From positions 1 to 64,000 of the IMG/VR virus record IMGVR_UViG_3300033121_001335: a stretch of 64,000 nucleotides of DNA; one strand, 5' to 3'. The notes under the pieces are model-generated. The model saw only the letters and a program-made list of their open reading frames with translations, ran no database searches and was not told where the DNA came from. The stretch is from a virus (Duplodnaviria > Heunggongvirae > Uroviricota > Caudoviricetes). Positions within the stretch are counted from its first letter, which is position 1; every line of letters begins with the position of its first letter. Shown here piece after piece: positions 43,720 to 52,593 of this stretch. The translations under genes were made by a program, and so were the position numbers.

Positions 43720-44315
43720 GTAAATTATTTAATTTTACGGAAAACCATTTCCTATCCCTTATTAAACAGAAGATTCCTCTGGATTGCATATTCTTGTTAG
43801 AATTAATAGTTTTAGGAGAAAATGTAGATTCAGAGGAATATCTTCCATTTATTCAAAGACTACAAAGAAAGGGATATATAGATGGGAAACAGGAGCTTAC
43901 AGAATATGGAACAGCTTTATATAAAAGTTTGTTTGAAGAAGTGGTGGCTGTTAAGCCTAAAACAATAGTTCAGAAGAATGATTTATTTGAAAAATGGTGG
44001 GAGACATACCCTGCCACTAATGATTTTACAATAAATGGACGACATTTTCAGGGTTCACAAACAAAAAGAATCCAAAAAGATGAATGTAGAAAAATGTTTA
44101 CTATTATGTGTAATTCTTTTAAAGGGGAGGATATAATAGCTGCTACAGCTTATCATATTAACAACGCTAAAGAAGTGAGCTTTAAAAGAAAGGATAATCA
44201 GCTCACATATGTTACTAATTCTCTTAGATATTTAAGAGAGAAATATTTTGAACCATTTATATCAAAGGTTAAGGAGAAGGAACAAATAGCAGCATCAAAA
44301 GAATTTGAAATATGA
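43716..44315 (+). CDS. hypothetical protein (helicase loader/initiator candidate by position only)
   Basis: ATGA overlap with the downstream DnaB-like helicase. Confidence 0.6.
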   Translation: MSKLFNFTENHFLSLIKQKIPLDCIFLLELIVLGENVDSEEYLPFIQRLQRKGYIDGKQELTEYGTALYKSLFEEVVAVKPKTIVQKNDLFEKWWETYPATNDFTINGRHFQGSQTKRIQKDECRKMFTIMCNSFKGEDIIAATAYHINNAKEVSFKRKDNQLTYVTNSLRYLREKYFEPFISKVKEKEQIAASKEFEI

Positions 44316-45397
44316 GTTTTTTTAAGGATTTAAAACAGACGATATTAGACGGACAGGAAGGAAAAAACAAGGGACATTCATTAGGAATGTCTCGGTTGGA
44401 TAGGTATATAAGCCTTAGAAAGAAAATGTTCTATGTAATCATGGGGAGTACGGGCTCTGGAAAGAGCTCTTTATTACATGATACATTCATCCTTAACCCC
44501 TTGGAAGCTCTATTACTAAATAAAGAAACAGATAAGAAATTGAAATATAAGCTTTTAAGCATGGAAAGGAGCAAAAGCTATATTCATGCTAAATGGCTTA
44601 TAAGAAGGATATTTTTGGATACGGGACAGCTTATTCCTATGCACACCCTATTAAATTGGTATGGAGATAAACTTAAAGCAGATGCTTTAGAACTTATTGA
44701 CACATATGAAGACTATTTTATTAGACTGGAAGAGCATATAGACATATATGAAGGAGGAAGAAGTCCAAATGATATATTTAGAATAGCCAGAGAATATGCA
44801 GAAACTCACGGAGAAGAAAAGAAAATAAGTGAATATAAAAAGGTGTACATTCCTGCAAATGAACATGAGGAAGTGGTATTTTGTGCTGACCACTTGGGTC
44901 TTTGTAAAACCACTAAGGATGCCGTCACTAAAAAACAGGCTATTGATAAAACCGTGGAAAATCTCCAATATATGAGAGACTATTTAGGATGGAGTGTTAT
45001 AGCTGTTAATCAACTTAATAGGGATTTGAGTAGTTCTATATACAGTAAGCTGGATTCGTTTGAGCCTCATATAGATAATGCTAAAGAAACAGGTAATACA
45101 GCTGAGGCAGCTGATGTTGTTATTAGTTTATTTGACCCTATGAGGTTTAATACAAACGATAAATTTTACGGGAATGTTGAGGTGTTTAGAAGTCCTGAAA
45201 CAGGGCAGAAATTCTTTAGGAATATTAAAATTCTTAAAAATTCATACGGAGCCGATGATATTGGCATTGGGGCCGTATTTCATGGCGAAACAGGGCATTT
45301 TGCTGAGCTTCCAAAGAGTAAATTTATAAAAGACAATTGGAAACAAGAGGATTATGATTCAATTTTTAATGGGTCTTATTTTCTACAAAAACAATAA
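44312..45397 (+). CDS. DnaB-like replicative helicase (RecA-fold C-terminal domain type)
   Basis: Walker A IMGSTGSGKSSLL and Walker B-like VVFCADHLG; arginine-finger region VNQLNRD. Confidence 0.7.
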   Translation: MSFFKDLKQTILDGQEGKNKGHSLGMSRLDRYISLRKKMFYVIMGSTGSGKSSLLHDTFILNPLEALLLNKETDKKLKYKLLSMERSKSYIHAKWLIRRIFLDTGQLIPMHTLLNWYGDKLKADALELIDTYEDYFIRLEEHIDIYEGGRSPNDIFRIAREYAETHGEEKKISEYKKVYIPANEHEEVVFCADHLGLCKTTKDAVTKKQAIDKTVENLQYMRDYLGWSVIAVNQLNRDLSSSIYSKLDSFEPHIDNAKETGNTAEAADVVISLFDPMRFNTNDKFYGNVEVFRSPETGQKFFRNIKILKNSYGADDIGIGAVFHGETGHFAELPKSKFIKDNWKQEDYDSIFNGSYFLQKQ

Positions 45398-45400
45398 AAA

Positions 45401-46609
45401 ATGAAACAATTTAAAAGAGGTGATAAAATAAAAATAATAAAAGACTTTAAAGATGGTAGGTCTGGTATGGATGGAAAAATTGGTGTGTTTTGGGATTATA
45501 CAAGCAGAGAACAACAAAGGGATGGTTATTGTTATATAGTTAAAACACAAGAAATTCATGGACTGGTTTGTGCTGATATTGAATTAGTGGAGGAATTTAA
45601 AAGTGGTGATAGGGTTAGAATAATTAAAGAGTGGAAAGACCAAGAAGGGGGACCATTTGAAGGACAAACAGCTATATTCAGTGCTTATTTAGCTCCCGAC
45701 AGCTATTATGGCAGGCAGGGTTATAAATATCTTGTGGATAAACCATCTTTAGTAGTTTGGGATATTGAACTTGTAAAAGAGAAAGAATTTGAAGTTCCAA
45801 AAAAATGGTGTATAAATGTTTCAGATTTTTCAGTGGGTGAATATTTAGTTAATAATTTTGTTCCGGCTCAGGATTGGTATTTAAAAATGCCAAACAATGT
45901 TAATTATTTTCATTTTAAAAAAAATAATTTTCATTTTTGGAGAGAAATAAAAGATGAAGAATACACAGAAATTACATTTGAACAATTTAAAAAATACATA
46001 TTAAAACAAAAAACAATGGAAAAAGAATTAATTGGCTATCGGCTAAAAGATGAAAAATATAGAAATGCTGTAAATGCATTAATTATTGAATGTGGAGTGT
46101 TTTCAAACAAAATATTAAGTTTAAATAGTCCAAAAACTATAGCCGCTTTAAGAGAAGCTAATGTCTTGGATGTGTGGTTTGAAGCTGTTTATAAAGAAGA
46201 GTCCCTACTAAAAGTGGGGGATTGGATATATTTTCTAGAATCATATGATGACAAACCAATAGGAGCTGTTAGAAAAATCTCTGGCGTACAGCCTGATTCT
46301 TACAATGGACTACAATGGGTGAATTATAGAGATGGTGGTTTTAGAGTGGGTGGAAACGGATATTTTGAAAACGAACATTATAGAAGAGCTACACAAAAGG
46401 AAATAGATGAGGTTACAAAGGTAGAAATTGGTGGATACACTGCAACAATTGAGAATGGAAAAATAGCTTTTGGTTGCCAGTGTTTTAGCAAAGAAGAGCT
46501 TTTAACTATTAAAAGACTGTTTACTCTTGAAATAAATGCCACTATATCTATTCATGGTGTGAGTATAACAAGAGAAATAATAGATAGGTTATTAGAGTTA
46601 TTTGATTAA
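45401..46609 (+). CDS. multi-domain hypothetical protein (two SH3-like FK.GD..(K/R)IIK repeats plus a KWCI/ITFEQF module)
   Basis: FKRGDKIKIIKDFKDG and FKSGDRVRIIKEWKDQ. The internal segment VPKKWCIN..YTEITFEQFKKYIL resembles the small tail-family genes. Confidence 0.65.
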   Translation: MKQFKRGDKIKIIKDFKDGRSGMDGKIGVFWDYTSREQQRDGYCYIVKTQEIHGLVCADIELVEEFKSGDRVRIIKEWKDQEGGPFEGQTAIFSAYLAPDSYYGRQGYKYLVDKPSLVVWDIELVKEKEFEVPKKWCINVSDFSVGEYLVNNFVPAQDWYLKMPNNVNYFHFKKNNFHFWREIKDEEYTEITFEQFKKYILKQKTMEKELIGYRLKDEKYRNAVNALIIECGVFSNKILSLNSPKTIAALREANVLDVWFEAVYKEESLLKVGDWIYFLESYDDKPIGAVRKISGVQPDSYNGLQWVNYRDGGFRVGGNGYFENEHYRRATQKEIDEVTKVEIGGYTATIENGKIAFGCQCFSKEELLTIKRLFTLEINATISIHGVSITREIIDRLLELFD

Positions 46610-46617
46610 TATTGTAT

Positions 46618-47688
46618 ATGACAAAAGATGAGATTCAGGCGAAGGCTGTAGAACTATTTAAAAAACAGCCTTCGCTTTTAATTGAATGGCCTACGGGATG
46701 TGGGAAGGGGTTGGCTGTAATGAAATGTATTTTAGCCTCTGGAAATGGGCCAAAATGGCTCATTGTGGTGCCGGAAATCGTCCAAATAAGTAATTGGTGG
46801 CGAGATTGCGAAAAATGGGGCCTTAGAAACAAAATAAGCCCCTTTATTGAGGATGTAATATGTTATGCTAGCTTAAAAAATTGGGCCGGAAAACGGCTTA
46901 GAATCGCTTTAAATGAGTGTCACCACTTGTCAGAAGAAAGGGCTAATATTTTAGCTTCAATAGAATACACCCAAATTATAATGGACAGCGCCACAATACC
47001 CACAGACGTAAAGGAAAGACTTCCCGCTCATATCAGCTATAAAATAAGCATGAAAGAGGCGGTAGAATGGGGAATTTTGCCAGCACCGGGGGTAAATATT
47101 CATTATATAGAGCTTGACGATTGGCAAAAACTATGGCCTAAAAAGCTCAAATCAGGCAAAATATTAATGGTGACGGCAAAATCCTATTATAGTGATTTAA
47201 CAGCTAATTTTAAATATTGGCAAAATAGACACAGAATGGAGGGGGAGCCTTGGCAACAAAAAAGGATGTTTATGTCTGCTATATCCAGAAAGAGGTGGAT
47301 GTCTGAATATAAGACAAAAAAGGCCAAAGAGGTGATAGAGCTTATAAAGAATAAGAGATATGTCGTATTTTGTGGGTCTGTTAAACAAGCTAAAGAATTG
47401 GGGGGTAAACAGGCTATTCACAGTGGGAATAGGCATAATCAAGAACTTATTGATGAATTTAACATGTTGATAACCAATAATTTATATGCTTGTTCTATGA
47501 TGAAGGAGGGTATGAATTTAGAGGGCATAGAAGCCGGACTTATTACACAACTGGATGCTGGAGATTTGGGTAATATTCAAAGGTTGGGTAGATTGTTAAG
47601 AAGTGATTTTCCTGAACTTCATTTAATATGTTTAAAGGATACAAAAGATGAAGAATATTTAGAAAACTTTTTAAAAGCAATAAAATGA
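46618..47688 (+). CDS. superfamily-2 DNA/RNA helicase
   Basis: Motif I WPTGCGKG, motif II LNECHHL (DExH-like), motif VI QRLGRLLR. Start moved from TTG at 46612 to ATG at 46618. Confidence 0.75.
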   Translation: MTKDEIQAKAVELFKKQPSLLIEWPTGCGKGLAVMKCILASGNGPKWLIVVPEIVQISNWWRDCEKWGLRNKISPFIEDVICYASLKNWAGKRLRIALNECHHLSEERANILASIEYTQIIMDSATIPTDVKERLPAHISYKISMKEAVEWGILPAPGVNIHYIELDDWQKLWPKKLKSGKILMVTAKSYYSDLTANFKYWQNRHRMEGEPWQQKRMFMSAISRKRWMSEYKTKKAKEVIELIKNKRYVVFCGSVKQAKELGGKQAIHSGNRHNQELIDEFNMLITNNLYACSMMKEGMNLEGIEAGLITQLDAGDLGNIQRLGRLLRSDFPELHLICLKDTKDEEYLENFLKAIK

Positions 47689-47924
47689 TGAATAAAATAG
47701 AGAGAGCCAGAATTCGAAACTGGACTAAGGCTAGAATAATGGGGTTAATTGTTGGAATGAATAATCCTATAGTACTTACAGACAGAGAATTAGAAATAAT
47801 ATCTGAAATAGAAGAATTAAAAAACTTATTATTGAAAGAATGGGATGATAATTCAGTGACATTGGGTATGAAAGTAAAAAAACCCAAAAAAGAATTATTT
47901 CAAAATATCGAAAAAGACTTGTAA
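47685..47924 (+). CDS. hypothetical protein
   Basis: ORF track; ATGA overlap. Confidence 0.6.
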   Translation: MMNKIERARIRNWTKARIMGLIVGMNNPIVLTDRELEIISEIEELKNLLLKEWDDNSVTLGMKVKKPKKELFQNIEKDL

Positions 47925-47929
47925 ATTTG
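47922..47929 (+). promoter_or_regulatory. -7 promoter box TAAATTTG
   Basis: TAnnTTTG, 22 nt upstream of the ATG at 47952. Confidence 0.4.
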
Positions 47930-47951
47930 TAAAAATAAAAAAGAATAAAAT

Positions 47952-48614
47952 ATGGCAAAATTAGTGGGAATTGTTGGGGATACGGGAAGCGGAAAAAGTA
48001 GCTCTATCACTCATTTAAATCCTAAAGAAACCTACATTATTAATGTAGCAGGAAAAGAGCTTCCTTTTAGAGGGAGTGAAAAACTCTATAACGAAGCTAA
48101 TAAAAATTATGCTGTTATAGAAACACCAAAAGAGGTGTTAGAAAAAATAGAGAAAATAGCTGAAAAAGCACCTCATATTAAGACAATTGTTATAGAGGAT
48201 GCTAATTATTTGTTTGGGTTCACTATGGTGGATAAGGCGACAGAAACTGGATATACAAAATTCAGTGTTATGGCTCAACAAATGAAGAATTTAGTTCAAG
48301 GGGTGAAGAAATTGAGGGATGATTTGTTAGTGGTGTATATGAGCCATTATGAGGAAGTGATGGATACAGGAGAAATTGTTACGTATAAAATGAAAACAGC
48401 TGGGCAGCTTGTGGATAAAGAATTAAAGCTCGATGGCCTATTTACAACCGTACTATATGCAATAGTGGAGGGTAAAAATAATGATGAACATATATTCCTT
48501 ACTAACAGATATAAAAAATATCCAGCCAAAACTCCAATGGGTATGTTTTCAGAGTTAAAAATAGAAAATAATTTACAAGCGGTGAGAGATATTGTAATGG
48601 AATATTATACATAA
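47952..48614 (+). CDS. P-loop ATPase (Sak4/RecA-like core candidate)
   Basis: Walker A VGDTGSGKSSS and Walker B-like TIVIEDANY. Confidence 0.55.
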   Translation: MAKLVGIVGDTGSGKSSSITHLNPKETYIINVAGKELPFRGSEKLYNEANKNYAVIETPKEVLEKIEKIAEKAPHIKTIVIEDANYLFGFTMVDKATETGYTKFSVMAQQMKNLVQGVKKLRDDLLVVYMSHYEEVMDTGEIVTYKMKTAGQLVDKELKLDGLFTTVLYAIVEGKNNDEHIFLTNRYKKYPAKTPMGMFSELKIENNLQAVRDIVMEYYT

Positions 48615-48630
48615 TTAAAAAATTTAAAAC

Positions 48631-48897
48631 ATGTTTAAAAATTGGAACTGGATTAATATATGGTTATCATTTTTGTTACTAATTGCAACTACAGCAATAA
48701 CAGGCCTTGTTCTATGGATTAGCTCAGATAAATCTACTATTAGATATTCTATAGGTGGGAATAACAAAGAAGTGAGGTTGATAAGAGAAATTGATAATTA
48801 TGAAGATGATTACATTATGGTAGATAGGGCTATCTCATTAGATAGTTTAACAAATATTGTCGAAAAATTAAATAAAGCTTTAAAAACTAAAAATTAA
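48631..48897 (+). CDS. membrane-anchored protein
   Basis: TM span WINIWLSFLLLIATTAITGLVLWI. Confidence 0.6.
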   Translation: MFKNWNWINIWLSFLLLIATTAITGLVLWISSDKSTIRYSIGGNNKEVRLIREIDNYEDDYIMVDRAISLDSLTNIVEKLNKALKTKN

Positions 48898-48900
48898 GAA

Positions 48901-49848
48901 ATGGCAGCGAAAGGAGAAAAAAGAACAGAAAAAACAGGTGGAGAAGGAATTCAGCTAGTGTGTGGACTAGGATTAGTGGAAGAAATAGTGTGCATTAATC
49001 CCACAAATGCTGAAAAAGCAAAAATGTATGGGTATGAACTGGATGAAGACAGGGAGGAAACAGAATATGTAGGAGAGAATGAAGAGGGAAAAGCTAAACT
49101 AGCTTTAGACATTTATTATCGTTTACAGGGTGTAGAAGCTCCTAGAAAACAGAGGTTTTTCCTAGAAAATGAGGCGATTACATTTGAGGATGAGAATGAT
49201 GATAATAAGGTTAAATTTAAATTTGTCAATCAGGTGGGACAAATTGCTACGGCTGAAAGTGAAGATGATTTAGGTGATTGGTTTACGGAGTTTCAGGAAT
49301 GGGATAAGGATGAAAAGAAGTTCGTAAAAATTGGAGAAAAGAAAACATTTAGAAAGTGTTTAAGGGGTGAGGACACTCTCATGAGATTTTTAAGAGAGGC
49401 TCTCTCTATTAATTATGAGCTTCCATCGGCTGATTTAAGTTATAATTATAAAAAACTTTTCACTGGAAACACTAAAGAACTTCTAACAGATTTGCAAGGA
49501 GATTTATTCAGGAAATTTGTTGTTATGACTCAAGTGACCACTAAAGAAGGTGATGATGGTGTAAATCATTATGAGAAATTGTGGCTCCCTAACAATAATT
49601 TTGGTGTTCCGACACTACCAGAAGAGGCTATGAAGCATATTAACAACGGTTGTAAATTTCCTACAGGATGGATGGGTAAAAAGTGGAAAAAATACAAGGA
49701 AACATACGAAAAATATGCTCCTAGTGGATTTGCTCCACTAGAGCCCGTACGTCCATATGATGATTCAGAGGATGTTTCAGCAGGAACAACGGCTAAGAAA
49801 GAGCCTAAGAAGATTGTAGCTGGAAGTGATTCGGATGACGATTATTAA
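48901..49848 (+). CDS. ssDNA-binding protein candidate (T7 gp2.5-like logic)
   Basis: Sits in the replication module. The acidic C-terminal tail ending in an aromatic residue (..GSDSDDDY) is typical of phage SSB tails. No fold evidence. Confidence 0.45.
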   Translation: MAAKGEKRTEKTGGEGIQLVCGLGLVEEIVCINPTNAEKAKMYGYELDEDREETEYVGENEEGKAKLALDIYYRLQGVEAPRKQRFFLENEAITFEDENDDNKVKFKFVNQVGQIATAESEDDLGDWFTEFQEWDKDEKKFVKIGEKKTFRKCLRGEDTLMRFLREALSINYELPSADLSYNYKKLFTGNTKELLTDLQGDLFRKFVVMTQVTTKEGDDGVNHYEKLWLPNNNFGVPTLPEEAMKHINNGCKFPTGWMGKKWKKYKETYEKYAPSGFAPLEPVRPYDDSEDVSAGTTAKKEPKKIVAGSDSDDDY

Positions 49849-49854
49849 AATATA

Positions 49855-49962
49855 AGATATAAGGGTGACTCCCTCAACCTGCTCCAGCCCTTTTGGGGTC
49901 GGTAGGCAGAGTCGCCAAGGCGTACCTTGGGCATCCTATTACAGGGGGTGAAATTATACTCT
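49855..49962 (+). other. GC-rich structured intergenic element
   Basis: GACTCCC (49867-73) and CTGCTCCA (49879-86) echo the tmRNA-like acceptor arm; CCAAGG-CGTA-CCTTGG hairpin at 49915-49930. Confidence 0.3.
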
Positions 49963-49995
49963 AAGCCTTGAGAAGAAATTCTCAGGGCTTTTTTA
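49963..49995 (+). terminator. intrinsic terminator (GAAA loop)
   Basis: GCCTTGAGAA-GAAA-TTCTCAGGGC plus T6. Confidence 0.7.
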
Positions 49996-49996
49996 T

Positions 49997-50004
49997 TATA
50001 TTTG
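49997..50004 (+). promoter_or_regulatory. -7 promoter box TATATTTG, 5 nt upstream of the ATG
   Basis: TAnnTTTG; same 5-nt spacing as at the polymerase gene. Confidence 0.45.
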
Positions 50005-50009
50005 TAATT

Positions 50010-51005
50010 ATGGGAGCAACAGGAGTTATAAAAAAGAAGAGAATATCAGTAGAAGAAATATTAGCTATTACACAAGGGGGTTGGGACGTATTTATTAAAG
50101 AAATAGGAAGATTTCCTGTATGTAAATCATTTAAACACCCATTAAAAAGAGATAAATCTCCTTCTGGTGCTATATTTAATCGAGAAGGAATATGGTTTTT
50201 AAAGGATTTTGCAGGAAAATTCCCCACCATGACGGCTATTCAATTTGTACAGAGGAAATATTCTTTAGATTTTAAAGAAGCTATGGATAAGATATGTCAG
50301 GATATGGGTATTAACCCTTCCACAAAAGAATATAAACCTATACAAATATTTGAAAAAGCCCCTATTTATGAACAAAGTGATATTCATATTGGATTTTCTG
50401 ATATGAAGTGGAAAAAAGAACATCATTTATTCTGGAAAAACACAGAAGTGACGGAAGCACATTGTAGAAAATATGATGCTTATGCTGTAAAAGAGTGTTC
50501 TATAAATAGAAAAAAAGTGAGAATGGGTTTAAATGAGGTGGTGTGGGCTTATTATGTAGAGGAAATAGATAGGGTTAAACTTTATTTTCCAGAAAGGGAA
50601 AAAAAATTAAGACATAGGGGAAATGTTCCTAACAATCATATATGGAATCTTCATAATATAGGAGAATGTGATAAACTTATCGCCCAGAAATCATTTAAAG
50701 ATTTATTAGTAACCACCATACTCACTCCTTGTGTTGTAGCTCTTCAAAATGAAGACGCTAAATTATTTGTTAATGCAGAAACTGGACCTAAGCTTGAAAA
50801 ATGCGGAAAAGAGATATTTTTAGCCTTTGGGAGTGATGAGCATGGGGTGGAAAATAGTAAAATCCTTACAGATGAATATGGATATAAATGGGTAAATCCC
50901 CCTAATAAATATTTAAAAGAGGATATTAATGATGCCTATTCTTTAGCTCATAAATATGGACTAAAAGCTTGGGAAGAATGTTTAAAAAAGAAAAAAATAA
51001 TATAA
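50010..51005 (+). CDS. DNA primase-like protein
   Basis: N-terminal CKSFKHPLKRDKSPSGAIF..WFLKDFAGK..AIQFV resembles the primase finger region (..F..D..PS......W.DF..G...D.I.F). TOPRIM-like FGSDEHG. The track start at 49968 is rejected because it lies inside the terminator. Confidence 0.5.
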   Translation: MGATGVIKKKRISVEEILAITQGGWDVFIKEIGRFPVCKSFKHPLKRDKSPSGAIFNREGIWFLKDFAGKFPTMTAIQFVQRKYSLDFKEAMDKICQDMGINPSTKEYKPIQIFEKAPIYEQSDIHIGFSDMKWKKEHHLFWKNTEVTEAHCRKYDAYAVKECSINRKKVRMGLNEVVWAYYVEEIDRVKLYFPEREKKLRHRGNVPNNHIWNLHNIGECDKLIAQKSFKDLLVTTILTPCVVALQNEDAKLFVNAETGPKLEKCGKEIFLAFGSDEHGVENSKILTDEYGYKWVNPPNKYLKEDINDAYSLAHKYGLKAWEECLKKKKII

Positions 51006-51009
51006 AACC

Positions 51010-51390
51010 ATGAGATTACAAAAAGAGGAACTAGCGGCAGTGGCTGGACACATATTAGAACAAATAAAAGAAAAGAACAAAGTGGAAGTTTCAAAAAAAG
51101 ATAAGGCTTTAATAGCGGCTTTTTTCAAGTTAAAGACTAAAACCTATGAACAAATTGATGTCTTAAATAAATCCATAACAAATGCTCGTGGGGAGTTAAA
51201 TAAAACCTTGGGGACTAACCTTCCTATTTATGGAGAGTCTCAAGAAAGTTATGAAAAACAACTATCTAAATCAAAGGAAAAAAGTATTCCAACATTAGAT
51301 GAAATAAAAAAACAAGTGATTCTTAAGAGTTTATTTTCAGGCGAAAAGGAGTTGAAAGAGTTTATTAAAGAATTAGTGGCTAAATATTAA
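51010..51390 (+). CDS. hypothetical protein
   Basis: ORF track. Confidence 0.6.
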   Translation: MRLQKEELAAVAGHILEQIKEKNKVEVSKKDKALIAAFFKLKTKTYEQIDVLNKSITNARGELNKTLGTNLPIYGESQESYEKQLSKSKEKSIPTLDEIKKQVILKSLFSGEKELKEFIKELVAKY

Positions 51391-51392
51391 TA

Positions 51393-52130
51393 ATGAGTAA
51401 GCTTAATTGGGAGAAATTTAAAGAAAAATTCGATGAGAGTTGGCATTTAAAAATGAAGCCCTTTATTGAATCTAAAGAATGTTATGACATATACCAAGTG
51501 TTAAAAAGCCGGGGGAATGAAATATTACCATATTCTAAAGCTTTATGGAAGGCATTTAGATGGTGTAATTTGGATAATTTAAAATGTATTGTTGTAGGAC
51601 AGAGTCCATATCATACATTAGATAATGGAATACCCTTAGCAGATGGCATAGCCTTTAGTTGTAGCAACACTAAAAAAGAAAGTCCCAGTTTAAAAATTCT
51701 ATTTGACGCAATAGCTTATGATTTAGATAGGAGAACTATAGAAAGAAACCCAAACCTTGATTATTTATGTTTTCAAGACATTTTGATGTTAAATCTAAGC
51801 TTGACAATTAAAAGGGGCGACAAGAATAGTTTTGGAGAACATGAATTGTTGTGGAGACCGTTTATAGAATATCTGTTTAAAGAGGTGTTGAATACAATGA
51901 CGGGAATTCCTATTATATTATTTGGCAGTCCGGCTAAAGAACAAATAGTGCCTTTATTACATGATAGTCAGCCTTATAAGTGTGTTAAACATCCAGCTTG
52001 GTATGCTAGAGATAAGAGTCCTATGTTTACTGATTGTTTTAGTTGGGCTTCTAAAATGAGTTTTGACAATAATGGAGAGGAAATATATTGGGACTATAAT
52101 GACTATTTAGTAAAAGGTTTACCGTTTTAA
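51393..52130 (+). CDS. family-1 uracil-DNA glycosylase homologue with Ser in place of the catalytic Asp
   Basis: AFRWCNLDNLKCIVVGQSPYH..GIAFS..PSL..L.QDILMLNLSLT..LFGSPA..KHPA aligns by eye with Ung (AFRF..VKVVILGQDPYH..GLAFSV..PPSL..QGVLLLNTVLTV..LWGSHA..HPSPLS). Confidence 0.6.
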   Translation: MSKLNWEKFKEKFDESWHLKMKPFIESKECYDIYQVLKSRGNEILPYSKALWKAFRWCNLDNLKCIVVGQSPYHTLDNGIPLADGIAFSCSNTKKESPSLKILFDAIAYDLDRRTIERNPNLDYLCFQDILMLNLSLTIKRGDKNSFGEHELLWRPFIEYLFKEVLNTMTGIPIILFGSPAKEQIVPLLHDSQPYKCVKHPAWYARDKSPMFTDCFSWASKMSFDNNGEEIYWDYNDYLVKGLPF

Positions 52131-52141
52131 TTAAAATAATT

Positions 52142-52477
52142 ATGAAAAAGAGATTATATTTCCAAGTGTGTAGCGCTTGTGGTTCAAAAGAAGTGGCAAG
52201 ATGTAAATGGGTAAATGTAAATGATGACACTATATATGACCAAGATTCAGGAACAACCCTAGAATGGTGCATGGAATGTGAAGATGAAACAAGTATAATT
52301 GAAGAAAATGAGTTTAAAGAATCATTTTTAGAAGAAATTCCCGGAAATGAATCTAAACCCTCTTGTGAAAATTGCGGAAGTCCAAACATAGAATGGCATC
52401 ATTATGATAAGAAAAGTGGGGAGCATTTTATAAAATGCTACAAATGTAACCACATTTTTGATGCTTCTTTAAGATAG
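52142..52477 (+). CDS. double zinc-ribbon protein
   Basis: CSACGS..CMECED and CENCGS..CYKCNH. Confidence 0.6.
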   Translation: MKKRLYFQVCSACGSKEVARCKWVNVNDDTIYDQDSGTTLEWCMECEDETSIIEENEFKESFLEEIPGNESKPSCENCGSPNIEWHHYDKKSGEHFIKCYKCNHIFDASLR

Positions 52478-52506
52478 TGGCTTGAACAACCATAGTTCAA
52501 CTAGAG

Positions 52507-52593
52507 TTTATAGGGTGATAGAACTAACTGGTCTGTCGTACAAATGTATTCGCTCATGATGACGTAAAATACAGCCCTATAAATTTCTTTTTT
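52507..52593 (+). other. long-stem structured element / complex terminator
   Basis: TTTATAGGG (52507-15)/CCCTATAAA (52575-83) encloses about 60 nt and is followed by TTTCTTTTTT. Confidence 0.4.

Noticed and set aside
49968-50009. Track start of the primase-like ORF at 49968 (and similar non-ATG starts at 33801, 40247, 46612, 60858, 61334, 61671, 21054, 21438, 31586)
   Set aside because: The N-terminal extensions run through terminator hairpins or overlap the preceding gene. In every case an in-frame ATG sits right after the upstream stop or after a promoter box.
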